Assembly (NCBI GenBank): GCA_964016885.1
Contig: OZ024743.1
Span: 20,336,001-20,400,000 of the forward strand
DNA length: 64,000 nucleotides
Direction of reading: 5' to 3'
Source: Eledone cirrhosa
Lineage: Eukaryota
In this document: positions 40,636 to 53,895 of the stretch, piece after piece
How positions within the stretch are numbered: position 1 is the stretch's first letter
How the letters are laid out: every line of letters begins with the position of its first letter
The notes under the pieces: model-generated
The model's database searches: none
What the model was told of the DNA's origin: nothing
The model's input: only the letters and a program-made list of their open reading frames with translations
Translations under genes and position numbers: made by a program

Positions 40636-42613
40636 ATATTATTGATTTATCAAATCCTATCTGCTAAAAGAAAATACCATCAGCAAATTATGTCATCTTT
40701 TTGGAAAATTATTCACAATGCATGAAAAATAGCTAAATAAAAGATGTAAGAGAAGAACTGCATACATAACATAGTTAAAGAAAGTAAAACAGATACAATT
40801 GAGATCGGTGAACAAGTCACAGTGGTATGATAAAAGGCTCTGATACTCATGAGTAGCTAAATCTAAATAATAAAGAAGTCAAAAATTTATTAATTGGACA
40901 TGCGTTTATTAATTGATAAACTAGGAAACAATTTCAGCTTGATACATGGTTTCATATAAAGTTTCGTGCCAGAATTATAGAACATAAAAACCATTTTGGA
41001 GGAACAAAAGTCAATAAACTTTATACTGTTATTGAATAATGTTTAAGAAAGTCTATTTTCTCAATTCCAGATATGATATGCATAAATAAGTAACTTGTTA
41101 GATGCTTGTTGAACATGTTTTTATGAGAAATTACAACTACATTTTAAAATTAACAGTTTGGAATCTTTTATGTAGCCGCCTATGCTAGGAGAATTGAAGC
41201 TTACAGTTTGAAGAATCGATCTAACAAGATCATATTAATGGTTTCAAGAACAAATTAATGTAGTGAAACTTATTTATTTGAAGTCAAAACAAAAATATTG
41301 CATTTATGTAAGAGAATTTGGATAGTATGTTGGCAGGGTATCAGACAACCAGTTAAGCGGTTGGAAGCATTTATTTTGTCACCATCACTAAATTATGGCT
41401 AAGGCTGAGACATTTAACACTGAAAAAGGGCAGGAGGGGAACTAAGTTCATGAGTTATGTTTGCATCATTGATCTAACAAATGTTGCCTATATACTGTAA
41501 TAAATGTTAAAAAATATCTTTATCAAATAAGCAGCATTGTTGTTATTTCAATATGAATGTTAAATGGTCGAAGTGAAAGAGTATGATATAACTTGATATT
41601 GCACCCCATTCTTTTATTTAGGTAGTCTACCTAGTTACTGACTGAAAATTAAAAATGAGTGTTGACTCAGGTGTTTGTCCAGGAACAGGTAATTAAAGAA
41701 GTAAAAGATGCAACTTCAACTAACAGCCTTCATTTTTAAGTAATGTAATTCTTTCCAGATTTCTTTACAAATATCAACTTGAAAGCTTTTGATAATTCAG
41801 CATAAATTCTCTTAGATTATTTGTACTTTTCACTTAAAAACAAGTCTAATTAGTTATTGATTAGCAGGTAATAGCAGAAAAGTTGAAGTAAAGCTATGAA
41901 TGTTGTAACTATTGCTAGAAATTTGACCCAAGTGGGAATAAAGTGTGAAGTTAATTAGAATGAAAAAGATTTTAAATTATCTTTGAAATACATCATTTTC
42001 TTCCTCCTCCTCTACTTAGCTTATAGCATTTACTTATCACAGTTGAGACAGTTTTATTCTCTTTTATTATTTAATGTTATTGACAATTACATAAAATATT
42101 GATATTTTCTAATCTTCACATGAACCACCTCCATACGCATCCACTTAAAAAATGAATTGATTCCACTAAACAATTTATATTCCCATCTTTTACAAATGAC
42201 TTTTTCCTGAATAATTAGCGCAATTTCAAATATCAACAAATTAGTTCTCTTTAAACTTTGTATTGTTTCTTACCTACTATTAATATTTCTATCCTAAAAT
42301 TATATCCAGATATCTACTTTTTATTTAGAAAATTATTTGCTAATTAAATCTTAAATAATATCTACTTCTTTATTTCATAATTTGATTTCTCAATTTATTT
42401 GTTAATGCATTTGCAGACCCTAAATTGCCAAACAGGTAAAGTCATAAAGCGATGAGTGTTACAGTCAGTTCTGTTTCCACTGTTAGGCGGAATATTGTTC
42501 TATTAGCCTGTATCAGCTTATCCGAAAATAGAAAACTTTTATATGTATTTGATTCATTTCGGTAAATATTTCAAATATTAAGTTTATGATAGAAATTATT
42601 GTAGTATATCAGC

Positions 42614-42760
42614 AAGGCAGCAAATTGATAAAATCATTGGATGCTTTGTAGTATTTATTCCAGTCCTCCGCACTCTGAGTTCAAATCTTGGTGAGGTAAA
42701 CTTTGCCTCTCATTATTTTGAGGTCGATAAAAAAGTACCAGTTCAGAATTGTTGTCAATT
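42614..42760 (+). mobile_element. Degenerate SINE family 2
   Basis: ctgagttcaaatc...gaggtaaactttgcct...gaggtcgataaaaaagtaccag. Confidence 0.7.
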
Positions 42761-44779
42761 CTTTGCCTGTATCTCCTTCTGACTTCCTTCTAGTCACTCT
42801 TCCTCCTTCTCTAGAAGAAATTGGTAGTGTTCATGGAATAAATGTCCAAGACACACTCTGATCTGTGTGACATATTGATTTTGAAAGGATATGAACAAAT
42901 ATCAATGGCCATTGAAACCAGATTAGTGCAAAACAAAGACATACATGGAGACACAGACACATATACACATGTTTCTGTCTATTAATTTCCCTTATAAGGC
43001 ATTGGTCTGCTTGAACCTAAAGTAGAAGACACTTATCTAAGCTACCATACAGTGAGATAAGAACTGAGACCATTTGGTTGTGAAACCAAGTTCTTAACTA
43101 AACTGCCATATCTGCACCTACATCAAGAACGTTATTACCAATTTTACAGTATCCACCAAGGTATCATGAAACAACTTTCAATGTTTGATTTGCTTTATGG
43201 ATAATCTCAGCTTAGATAAAATGAGAAAATCCATCAATTTGCAGTTATAATTTGATATCTCTTATCCTTGTCCTTTTAGAATTTTATTTTATATTTCTAA
43301 AACCAGAGAATATTCTGGCTAAGTTTATGAAGATTATTCTAACAATTTTAAAATAGATATAATTAGATTTCCATTATATTTTATAAATTATTCTGTGGTT
43401 AAATCTAATCCTTAAGTTTAAAGATCACAAGAAGGAAATAAATAAAGATTACTGCTCTAGTAAGATTTATATCGATTGCATCTACTAAATAATGAAAGTC
43501 TACTTTTAGAGAGACATGGAAAAATGGCTATTATAGCAATATTAATTATTTGTGACAATATATTATGTGCATATCATTTGGAATTCTGGAAATATAATAT
43601 TTAGTTTATATCTACAATTTAACTTTTTGCTTTATTTCATTTTTGTCATTGCTGTTCACTGGCTTCTGCAATTTGTAATTGAATAGCTTTTAATCCATTG
43701 TATACATACAGTATCAATTATTCACCTGATACTTTTTTATTAGAATTTATTAATTGATAACAAAAAATGTTTCTCGAAAGAGCAATAGGTAATGCCTGCT
43801 GGAGTAAGTTATAAACATAAAAATTTCACATAGTATTTAATAATATAGTAATAAATTATTGTAGCTAATGGAACTTTTGATAAAATATTTCCCTAAATAA
43901 CATAAGATTTCAAATTAGATCGCAATAAAAACTCTCTGTGGTATAGCTACTATTTTAATTTTGGTCACTTTCGAATCTAATGGTATGCAATGTATGAGTG
44001 ATGTGATTCTGCTGGCTTGCAGTTCACAAATATATACCCTTTATAATATGTGTATATGAATGTGTAGACAATTTAAAATGTTATGTCTTTATAATAAAGT
44101 TAGGATTTAACTGATAAGTGAGTTTCCTTGGAACATCTAAGACAATTTCTGAAGCATCCAATGATAGTAGATAATAATTTAAACATATTTAAGCTTAATT
44201 CGAAAGCAAAAATTTTCTTAGCAGTTCAATGTATTACAGCAGGTGCCTGGTTTCATTCTAGTCAAGGGTTATTGCATTAGTTCTTTCGAATTACATTTAT
44301 ATATACTGGTATATCAGTGAATACATATTTCCATATGGACAGTATAAGTATGCAAGATGGTAGAACACTAAATGAAAGTGGTTGGTTTTATTTCTATTGG
44401 TTTCAATTTGAAATACTTGCAAGTATATTTTCCCCTTCATATCTGTTTGGAGGATGCAATAAGTGCGCCTGTAATACTAATATATAATCGTATATATTTA
44501 TTGCCAGGAAAACTATTTGTTAGAACAGGAATATTGTTTACATTGATGACTGCAAATATAATTAAGTAGATTGATAAATATTTGTTTTTATTGTTTTTCA
44601 ATGCTCACTCATTGCAACATTATAGTTGATAGTAATGAGTTTTCAATAGGAATTTCATATATTTGAATATTGTATTCACTTGATTAAGAGACAAGATAAT
44701 AATCCTAGATGTGAAAGCTGGACTGAAATATTAAAATTAATCAGATAGTCAAGAGTAATATCCTCAGCTTTATCTGTTT

Positions 44780-45456
44780 TCATCATCATCACCATTTAAT
44801 GTCCATTTTTCCATGCTAGCATGGGTTAGATGAGTTGTCATGTTGTGAGATAGGCCATGTCAGATTTCTATGGATGCATGCTCTTCCTAAAACACATTTA
44901 CAGTGTGTACTGGGTACTTTTTGAAATGACACCTACACAACATTTAGAGTTTGGGCTGGATGCTTTTTGTAGTGATAACAATATGACCACTTTACAGTGT
45001 GGGCTGGATGCCTATTTTCTCTCTCAGTTCATTTATGCTTTGCCATTCATGTATATTGCTATTACACATCCATTGAAGCATGCAAGCTTCATTTCCTTCC
45101 AATCTTCACAGGTCTTCTGCACACAGCGCCCAGGCCTCACTACCATTGCTGTTCATATACATGCATCATACAATCTGCCCATCATTTTGAGGAAAAAGCC
45201 TTTTGTAGCTAGCAGTAGTAGTAGCTCCTTTTAACTTCTTCCATCCTGTCCTCACTCTGGTTACTGTACTTTCGGAACACCCACCTCCACTGTTAATTTG
45301 GTCACCCAGGTAGCAGAAGTTGTCTACTGCTTCTACTGAAGCTTTCAGAATTTGATAGCTCTTGTTTCCTGTGGTCAGTTGCTGCTTTCTGCTCCAGTGC
45401 AATGGCCACATGTAAAACCTACATTCTTAGCTAAACTACCTGAGATCCTACTACAT
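44780..45456 (-). mobile_element. RTE family A copy with internal deletion
   Basis: EAVDNFCYLGDQINSGGGCSESTVTRVRTGWKK; 3'UTR joined directly to the ELRE region near 45015. Confidence 0.9.
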
Positions 45457-45866
45457 ATATTTGATTTAAAAAAATTTATTCTTTTCATTTTTTATCTAAT
45501 TCATTTCATATTTGTAAATCAAATATGTAAAAAAATATCTATTTTGGAGTTGCTTGTTGGTCAGTCAGTAATAGAAAAAAAATCTTAAAGATTCTATTAA
45601 AGGGCTTCAGTAATTAACTATGAAACTATAAATAATATTGATATGGAACCTGTTCATTATATCCTGAATGCTGGATAATTAGTGGATCATCCTTTATAAT
45701 ATTTAGAGGAAATTTACTAAAACTAAACCAATTTGATTTATTGATTAGGCTTTTTAAAAAAAATTCCTAAGTAAATTAAAATTTTTCTGACACTATCATT
45801 GAGATATGCAGTGTATAGTCAGTAAAATAGGATATATCTAATTCTGGAGTTTTATGCAGTGATTAT

Positions 45867-45963
45867 TATCATCATCATCATCATTTTACATCCGCTTTTC
45901 CCTGCTTGCAAGGGTTGGATGGGTCCTATTCAGCACAGCATCTCTCCACTTGTCACGGTCCTT
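45867..45963 (-). mobile_element. RTE family B 3' terminal fragment
   Basis: (cat)n tttacatccgcttttccctgcttgcaagggttggatgggtcctattcagcacagc. Confidence 0.9.
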
Positions 45964-46140
45964 ATGTAAATTTATAATGTGATCCAAATATTGAGCCTTA
46001 TGAATGTGTGTATTTTATGTACATATATCTCTGCTTTTATGTGTATGTGTCTTGATATGTGCTTGTGTATGTAGTTGTAATGTATGTGTGTGTGTTTGTA
46101 TGTATGTATTCATGCTTCAACATTACTCAAATGTAGGCAC

Positions 46141-46240
46141 TTATGTATATATCTTAGGCACAAGGTAGAATAATCAATATACATACGTACATACATATGT
46201 ATGTTGATTACCTTATCTTGTGTCTAGGATATATACATAA
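46141..46240. repeat. 45-bp imperfect inverted repeat, 10-nt loop
   Basis: 46141-46185 versus 46196-46240; 7 differences, all transitions. Confidence 0.9.
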
Positions 46241-49200
46241 ATACTTAAATTCATGTGTATGTTGAAAATGAAGAAGCTACACACACATGGATGTCCCATA
46301 AGTAAGTCAGTATTTCAGTCATATAATTGTAATATATGCAGTTCATTTAGCCACATCCAATTCCATATTCATCTGAATTCTATCCAATTATTTCCCCTCC
46401 ATTTGCTACATATCCTCAAAATTCCTAATCAATATTTCATTTTAATATGGAACCTATGCTTATTAAATTAAATATGGATAATAAAATTTGCCCTTTGCAT
46501 GGAACAGATGCAACACATTTACCATCAATAATTCAGTAAATACCTTATGTTCTCCTAGAACTCTAACCACAAAGCTCTAACATTACATTCAAGTATATTT
46601 GTCTTGAATTGTAACTGCTATACTTTCCTCTAACTATAATTTTGTTGCCTATTAGCCTTTTGACCTCTAAATTTCAAACGTGAAATTATTCAACAAGACT
46701 ATTCTCTAGGTATACATAATATTCTATAATGTAGTTATACCAGTAATCAGGGATAAAATTGCTGTAATTTTAGCTGAGTGACAATAATGTATTTGAGCAT
46801 CTTCAATGTCTTTACAACTAATACTAAACTTATTATATAGCTTTATGCCATATTATTGTTTTATTTACTACCTTCAATCTTGTATTTATATCTTCACCAT
46901 ATGTTTTGTGTTCTTCAATCGGCAATCTCTTTTAAGATTTCTGATCTTCCTTTCCATTTTCACTGAGGGCAAATGTATCTATGTAATTGATAACATACAT
47001 CTTCCTACTGATATCTTGCTTTCTCCTGACATATAATCTTGCAATTCTTTAAAGTTCTTTGCCGTTTATCCCCACAGCAAAGAACATTATCAAACCTATT
47101 CACAGATTTTATGTAAGCTTAGTAAATTTGACACAAAACTTTCTGTTTTTCCTGCAGGAATTATTCTACCTATCTATTTTAATCCAGTCTCCTATCATTA
47201 CTAACATCTTTTATAATCTTATCTACTGTACTCTGATACAACCAAACTTTTCTCATACTTCAATAAGCTTCTCTTGTGTCATAATAACCACTCTCTGTGC
47301 TATGCTTTTATTTTGGTTTCTTTATGTAAATTTTTATCCTCAATGAAGGTAAATTTTAGTCTTCACATCACTCTTACCTAAATTAAGTCTTCCCTAGGTT
47401 CACTGCCAACAGAGAGTACATGACTTTCTAGAGATAGACATTGTATTCTAAAAGGATATAATTAACAGTACTGGTAGAAATTCCACAATTATTTTGGGAA
47501 CTATAAGATTGTTGGAAGTTCATAAAGAACCTCGAAATACATAATTTCTTTTGGAATTGTTTTTTTTCTGAAATGATTGATTCTTGAGATAATGTAAAGT
47601 CCAGATAGGTAATACTGAAGGTGTAGTCTTATGTGAGAACATCTTTGAAATCTATATTTTTTTATCTACATTTGTCATCTCTTCCATCATGAAAGTTTTC
47701 TGTTATTTTTATTTTATATCAAGAAATGAACACAATTTAGAAAGAGCTACATTCTATGACAAAATACTAGTTCACATCTTTTCATCCTTCCATTCTGACT
47801 GTTATTAAAATTATTCAAAGAATACTGTATATAGTAAACAATCATGACAATGGAACAATATCAAAGCCTATAATATATTTCTTCCATAAAACAGCTACAT
47901 TGGTAATGCATTAATAAATCTTAATACATTGTACTACATCCTTATCTTCATATCAGAGAAATGTGCACATAACTAGACTGGAATCCATTGTCTCTGAACG
48001 AAGTACAGTAGCTGCCTTAATGAACTGTGGATAAGGTTATAAAGAAATATTTCAGTAATTCAGTAATTATATATATAATAATTGCATAGAATCAAAAGAA
48101 ACTTCCCAACCTATCAGATGTGAGATACATCCCAGCATAGCCACACATCTCTCCTCACTTAACATTTGGAAACCAGTAAAGTTATTGTAAATATATCTTT
48201 TTAAACATTCCAATTCCATTTCCAACTTCTTTTTCCTGTATTTATTCTATTATTATCATTATCATCATCATTTAACATCTGCTTTCCCGCTAGTAAAAGG
48301 ATTGGATAGCTCTACATAGACCATTTCAGTACCAAAGCAGGGCTAATGACCTCCCAGACAGGCTGGAGGAAAGGGGATTTGCATTTCCCTTAGTCACAAT
48401 TTAGAATATTTATTCTTCAATCAATATACAAATAGTATATGTTGCATCTATAATAGATTATATCTTAGATTTCATTCCATAGCTTATCACTGAATCAGTG
48501 AATTGTATTACTACGAATAATGTAAATGTTGTGTGTATAATGGGTTATGTCTTCAGTTTTTTTCTATAGTTAAGTATTACATATATAGAACATAGCAGAA
48601 TAATATAGATTTTATTATAAAAACTCTATATACACAGTTTCATTCATCAAGAGGATTGTTTAATTCAGTGGATAACCTCGGAGCACATTTAAAATTATAG
48701 GGTCAATGTTCTATTTTGAATTGGAACATATGATTTCTTCAACTAACTTATTTTTAAACAGTGAACAAAATTAAGTTTCTATAAGAAATAATTTCTATGG
48801 TGTGTCTGTATGTACACTTATACATGCATGCATGCACATAGGCACAAACATAGTTTGTTAAATCAATATTCCCCACTTTGGGGAATTTTTTGTTTAAAAC
48901 TGTTCTCATATATGTATAAACAGCTACAATTAATACAAAAAATAAAAACCTGACTTATAAAAATGAAAACGTGAGGTAAATAAAAACTTCATTCAACTTA
49001 GTCTTGTTATAAATCATTTCAAATCTTAAGAAAAAAAATTGTTGTATAATATAATACCTAAGTTGTCTGTTAAACATAATATTTTTGGTAACAAATTGGT
49101 GGAAAAAACATTGTCTTTATTGAACAAATAAAGTTTAAAACAATCAATACATTCTTCAACCACTATAACTACTGTTATCAATAAGTTTGAATTACTATTT

Positions 49201-49384
49201 GCTTCTATTCTGAAATAATTTTCAATTAGAACTTTATTATTTATTTATTTTTTTATTTTCAAATTTCTCTTTGAAGTAATTTCAATCCTTGTTTATGTGT
49301 CAGGTTGGAGAAAACATATCATATCTGCAACCTATGTAGTAAAATACAGCTGGAATCACTTACACCATCTTAATTTATATCAGA

Positions 49385-49495
49385 TTTAGTAGAATCATTA
49401 GAGCATCAAATAAAATGTCTTCCTGCATTTGTTCCACTTCTTTATATTCTGAGTTCAAATCTTGCCAAACTCATTTGCTTTCCATCCCTCAACTG
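49385..49495 (+). mobile_element. Degenerate SINE family 2, 5' half
   Basis: agaatcattagagcatc...ctgagttcaaatc...tttgctttccatcc. Confidence 0.55.
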
Positions 49496-49989
49496 GTATT
49501 TTATTCTATTGACAGTAAAATACTGAGGTTCATATAATCAACTCCACCCAACCTCCTAATTTGAAGCCTTGTGTCAAAATCAAGTTGGAGAGGGAAGTGC
49601 TGCTTTCCAGCCATTTTATTGAAAAGTGAAAAACAGTAGCAAGCATAGTCCATGTGCATAGCATGCCTTGTGTACATGCCTGTAAATCAGAGCAGGAGAA
49701 CTGGGAGTAAGCACTTGCCTTAGTAGTCAGGGCAATCATGGTTTTTATGGAGTTTTTCCATGAGTGGCCCTTGGAAGTCTCCTCACTATTGAGGAATTTT
49801 CTGTTACAATTTTATTGTTCTCTCTACTGTTTACAAACACTCCCATGCACAGTCAGTGTTTTGTCTTGTGCCATCCTTAACATTTTCATGTGAGTCCATT
49901 ATGGTTTATAAAGAAATCATTATTATTATCATCATGATCATCATTAGTCCTATTTTCATTACGTGCTCTCATTGTGTTACTGAGCACAA

Positions 49990-50140
49990 CCCTGTGTGCT
50001 TTAGATATGTGCAGTTTTGGTGTTGTTGTTTCTATTGTATTGAGAGTATTCTAGGTGAGATATGGACAGTGCCCTGTAGTGCTGGGGTTTTGGTTATGTA
50101 TCTGTGTTTTTGTTTCCCACAGTACCTATTATTATAAGGA
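49990..50140 (-). mobile_element. R4/Dong-like retrotransposon 3' remnant
   Basis: Minus-strand translation ..IIIGTVG...YITKTP..ALQGTVHISPRILSIQ* resembles the RLE C-terminus (PIIIGxxG...ALxGTAHILR.xL). Confidence 0.55.
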
Positions 50141-50183
50141 TTCCAATTGGTTTAATCATCCATTATTATTATTATTATATTCA

Positions 50184-50378
50184 GGGCGGTGGATTGGCAG
50201 TATCGGTAGAGGGTTGGACGCCATGCTTTCCAGCATAGTTACGTCCCTTTACGGTCTGAGTTCAAATCCAGCTGAGGTTGACTTTGCCTTTCATCCTTAC
50301 AAGGTCGATAAAATAAAGTACCAGTAATGCACTGGGTAATTGCTGGCCTTGTGCCTAAAGTAGAAACAATTATTATTA
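50184..50378 (+). mobile_element. tRNA-derived SINE family 2, full length, ~16-bp TSD
   Basis: A/B boxes; attattattatattca on both sides. Confidence 0.9.
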
Positions 50379-50629
50379 TATTCATCATGGTTTTATACAA
50401 TTACTTGCTGGGCTGTAACATAGGGTAAGGGAAAGTGAGTAAGTCATTACTATAAAAGGGGACTATAAAAGCATATCACTTACAGAAAGAAATATGTTTT
50501 GTACATATAACTTGATGTTGATATATATGAAGTGTAAAGATATATAAAGTATAAATTAAATTGTGTGGAGAGGGTATGTCACATTAATTTACAAGTACTC
50601 TGTAATTTATATTTAGATTGAATGGATTA

Positions 50630-51880
50630 TTCAGTGTGTGTGTGCAATGCTAGTCAGAACTATCTTTTGAGTTTTTTAAAGATATGGGTTCACCTGGGAC
50701 ATTGCTAAGATGTTCCTCACATTCTTTTCTTATCTCACCAAAACCTCTATTACAAGAAGGATTTTCATTTTAAAGTTCCACATCTTTTCAATCTCTGTCT
50801 CTAGGTCTTTGTATTTGCTTAGTTAATAAATTCTTTTACTAACATGATTTTATCTGATGTAATACTCATCAGTTATTTTGCAGGTTTTACTTTCTGATTC
50901 TTGATGATGATATCTGGTATGTTTTCTCAAATTGTCTTATCTGTGCTAACTGGGAAATCACAAATTATTTTTACATTGTCTCATTCCATTACTGGTTCTA
51001 GGTGTTCGTAACAGTTGATGGCTGTTTTTATTTTGTAGTAGTTTCTTAGTTTCCAGTGCAGGTACTGGCCTACCCTGTCACTGTGGTTATTATACCCATT
51101 TAATATCAGTATGAAATGAGATGCTGCATTTTTTTCATTATATTGGTCACAAAACCTACAATTTGTGACTTGACAGCACCATTTTGTAAGACATGGGTTT
51201 AATAGTTCCTTGTAAGAAGGCTTTAGTCTTGTGCTGACAGTATGAATCTTTCTCTCTTTGCTTTTATTCCTGAACTCTTCAGTCAATGCCAGGTTGTTTT
51301 CTGGTCTACATGAGCATCTTTACTTTGGACTAAATACTAATCATGTAGAGATCTTTAGCTCCATCAGTCGTGTTATTGCTTTTGACCTTGCATTTTCTGC
51401 TAGCTCCTTAATGAATTCAACTTTCAAGGCAGCAGTTTTTCTCCATTTCTTACTTATTTCAAGGTCATATTAAGTTCAGTGGCATATTGTCTACATTCCA
51501 AACATCTTTATTGTTGCTTTATATGACAGTTCCAGTTGTGTCATTTCCTCGCTTCCTACTGGTACAAATAATCAATATCTACCTTGAGATGGGACATTTT
51601 ATTGCATATCAATATCTTTCAGATTTTCATATTTATTCATTTAATTTCACTTATGTTCCAGCTAATGTTGAAACTGTGGGTTACATCTGGGACTGCTAGG
51701 GTGTTTTGTTTTCCATGTGGTTCATCTTCAGTATGGCTCTTACACTTCTGGTGCAGTATCTTTTTAATTTTTTTTTCATTGTCACATTGTGTACTTCTAG
51801 GCTTTGTTGATATCCTCCTGATCTAGGGCTTTGTTTAGTCCTTTTGACAAGCATGCATGATTTACACATATTTATACCAA
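50630..51880 (-). mobile_element. Degenerate R4/Dong-like non-LTR retrotransposon (CCHC finger plus restriction-like endonuclease)
   Basis: CRFC...HSDRVGQYLHWKL..YKIK..YEH; adjacent frames give DFPVSTDKTI, PDIIIK, LSKYKDLETEIEKMW; 5' boundary uncertain. Confidence 0.8.
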
Positions 51881-52939
51881 ACTCTATGCCTGTATCATCT
51901 GTGAATCTTTAACTTAGCAGATATATTTGTGCATATACATCATTTATTATATCCAATGTTTGCATATATACTACACATTATTCAAAATAAAAGAAAACAG
52001 CTTATTGGTAAAGCTTCAATCCCCAGCATTATACCATTTCTATCCCAAATAAAATAGTTTTTTCTAATCCTGACTTATTTCTTCAACCCTGAAAGCAAAT
52101 GCACTTTAGCAAGATTTAAACACCTGGTAGAATTCTATAATGGATAACCAAATCATCTACAATTTCATTTATAAAATATATACCATATATTAGTTTTTGA
52201 TACAAGAAAACCTTATTGCAATCGATGTGATTTCCTTCTCTTGTTCATCTGCCTCAGGTTTGCTAATGAGTGTGTGAATATGATTCCTTCTGATAATGTT
52301 TATTTTTGAATAAGAAATTCAAGTAGTTATAATCCCATGAATTGAACTAAATATATATGTAACAAATGAAGTGAAGCGTGTGATTAAGACATGTCTTTTC
52401 ATGCACAATCAACAGTGAAATGGGAGTGCCATTATGTTATCAGCAGCATTTCACACAATTCCCTTTCATTGGCATGATTGCTGAATCTAATGGAACTTAC
52501 AAATTTTCCAAATGCTGATACATTTTGCCTTGATAGAATAGCTTTGATATCATTTATCACTAGTGAGCAAAGGGATGGACTTCCATCTGCAATAAACCTT
52601 TTTTTCCCTTGGTACATCAGGACTATAAAATGAAAGAAAGAAACTAGCTAACTAATTGTTTTTTTTCAGGCATGATTTTGTTTTTATCACCCCAAGATAA
52701 TTAGTGTAAATAGCCTAGTTGTTAAAGTGCTAAATATAGAACTAATAAATTGTGTAGCCAGAACACATGTAAAAACAAGCATCACTTAGAGTATTATTTC
52801 ACCAGAAATATGCCATTGATATTCTCAACAACAAAATTAAAGTGAACATAACATTTATATCCACATAGGTTTCTTTGTATTTATAGTTGTGTTATATATA
52901 TATCATTAAGAAATCATTATCATTTACAACTTAAACATA

Positions 52940-53152
52940 GTAGATTGGTAGAATTATTAGAGCATTGGAAAATGCTTATCTGTATTTGTTTTTACTCTTT
53001 ACATTTCAAGTTAAAATCCTACTGAGGTCAACTTTGCTTTTCATCCTTCTCAGATCAATAAAATAAAGTACCAGTCAAGTATTGGAGTTGACTTAATTGA
53101 CTTTCCCTTCTCCTTGAATTATTGGCTGTGTACCTAAATCACAAACAATTAT
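52940..53152 (+). mobile_element. Degenerate SINE family 2
   Basis: gattggtagaatt...gaggtcaactttgcttttcatcctt...aaataaagtaccag...aaacaattat. Confidence 0.75.
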
Positions 53153-53689
53153 CATTTATTATTGTCTTCTACAGTTTTATGCAAGTTTCTACTGCACCTT
53201 CAAGTTCCTTAGGTGTGAGGAATAGTCTTTTGGAGATGTACAATTGTGTTTGTATATTGCACCACTGGCTTTGTTGTGGGGTTTGTTTCATTTTCTTCTG
53301 ATATTGTTTTAGTCAGATATATGTTTTGTAGGGTATGTATAATGTGATGTGTGTTATTCTTGTTTCGTCATCATTTAGGTGAGCCTGGGGCCCAGCATAT
53401 GATTCCATTCTTCATCAATGCATTTTATCATGATACCAACACTAGGAAAATTGTCATGTCCACAGCTGAAAAGTCCTCTCAACAATTTCAGAGTTTTTCT
53501 ACAGTTAGTTGCCCTTTCTATCACCAACCACTGTACAGAATGTACTGGGTGCACTTATTATGTAGATCATCAACACTAGGGAGATTGTCATGTATTTCGT
53601 ATTTGCTGTGTGATTGATTTTATGTGTTTTAGTGCGGGACAGTGGTTGTGAAGGTTGTGTTGTTTTGTTAAGTAGTTGTGTTTTATTAG

Positions 53690-53895
53690 GTGGTAATTAC
53701 ATAAGGTTAGTACTGTGTGCAGAGTGTACCATGTGAGCTGTACTATTCAATCAAATGTATTTTGCTTAAAATGTGGGTTGCGACTAGCAGGGATAATTTT
53801 GTACTCTCTGTACTGCTCAGGTGCTTTAGCCAGAAATTGGTGACCTTTTCAATCCTAGGGACTTTCCAATTTGCATTGCTGTCTGAGGGAGGTGA
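53690..53895 (-). mobile_element. R4/Dong-like RT N-terminal remnant
   Basis: NWKVPRIEKVTNFWLKHL matches the NWK.PG.D.I.NFWLK.L motif preceding the RT in RLE elements. Confidence 0.55.

Noticed and set aside
42417-42435. Possible 19-nt micro-exon (ttgcag|accctaaattgccaaacag|gtaaag)
   Set aside because: Splice-like motifs of this strength occur by chance, the length is not a multiple of 3, and no expression evidence is available.
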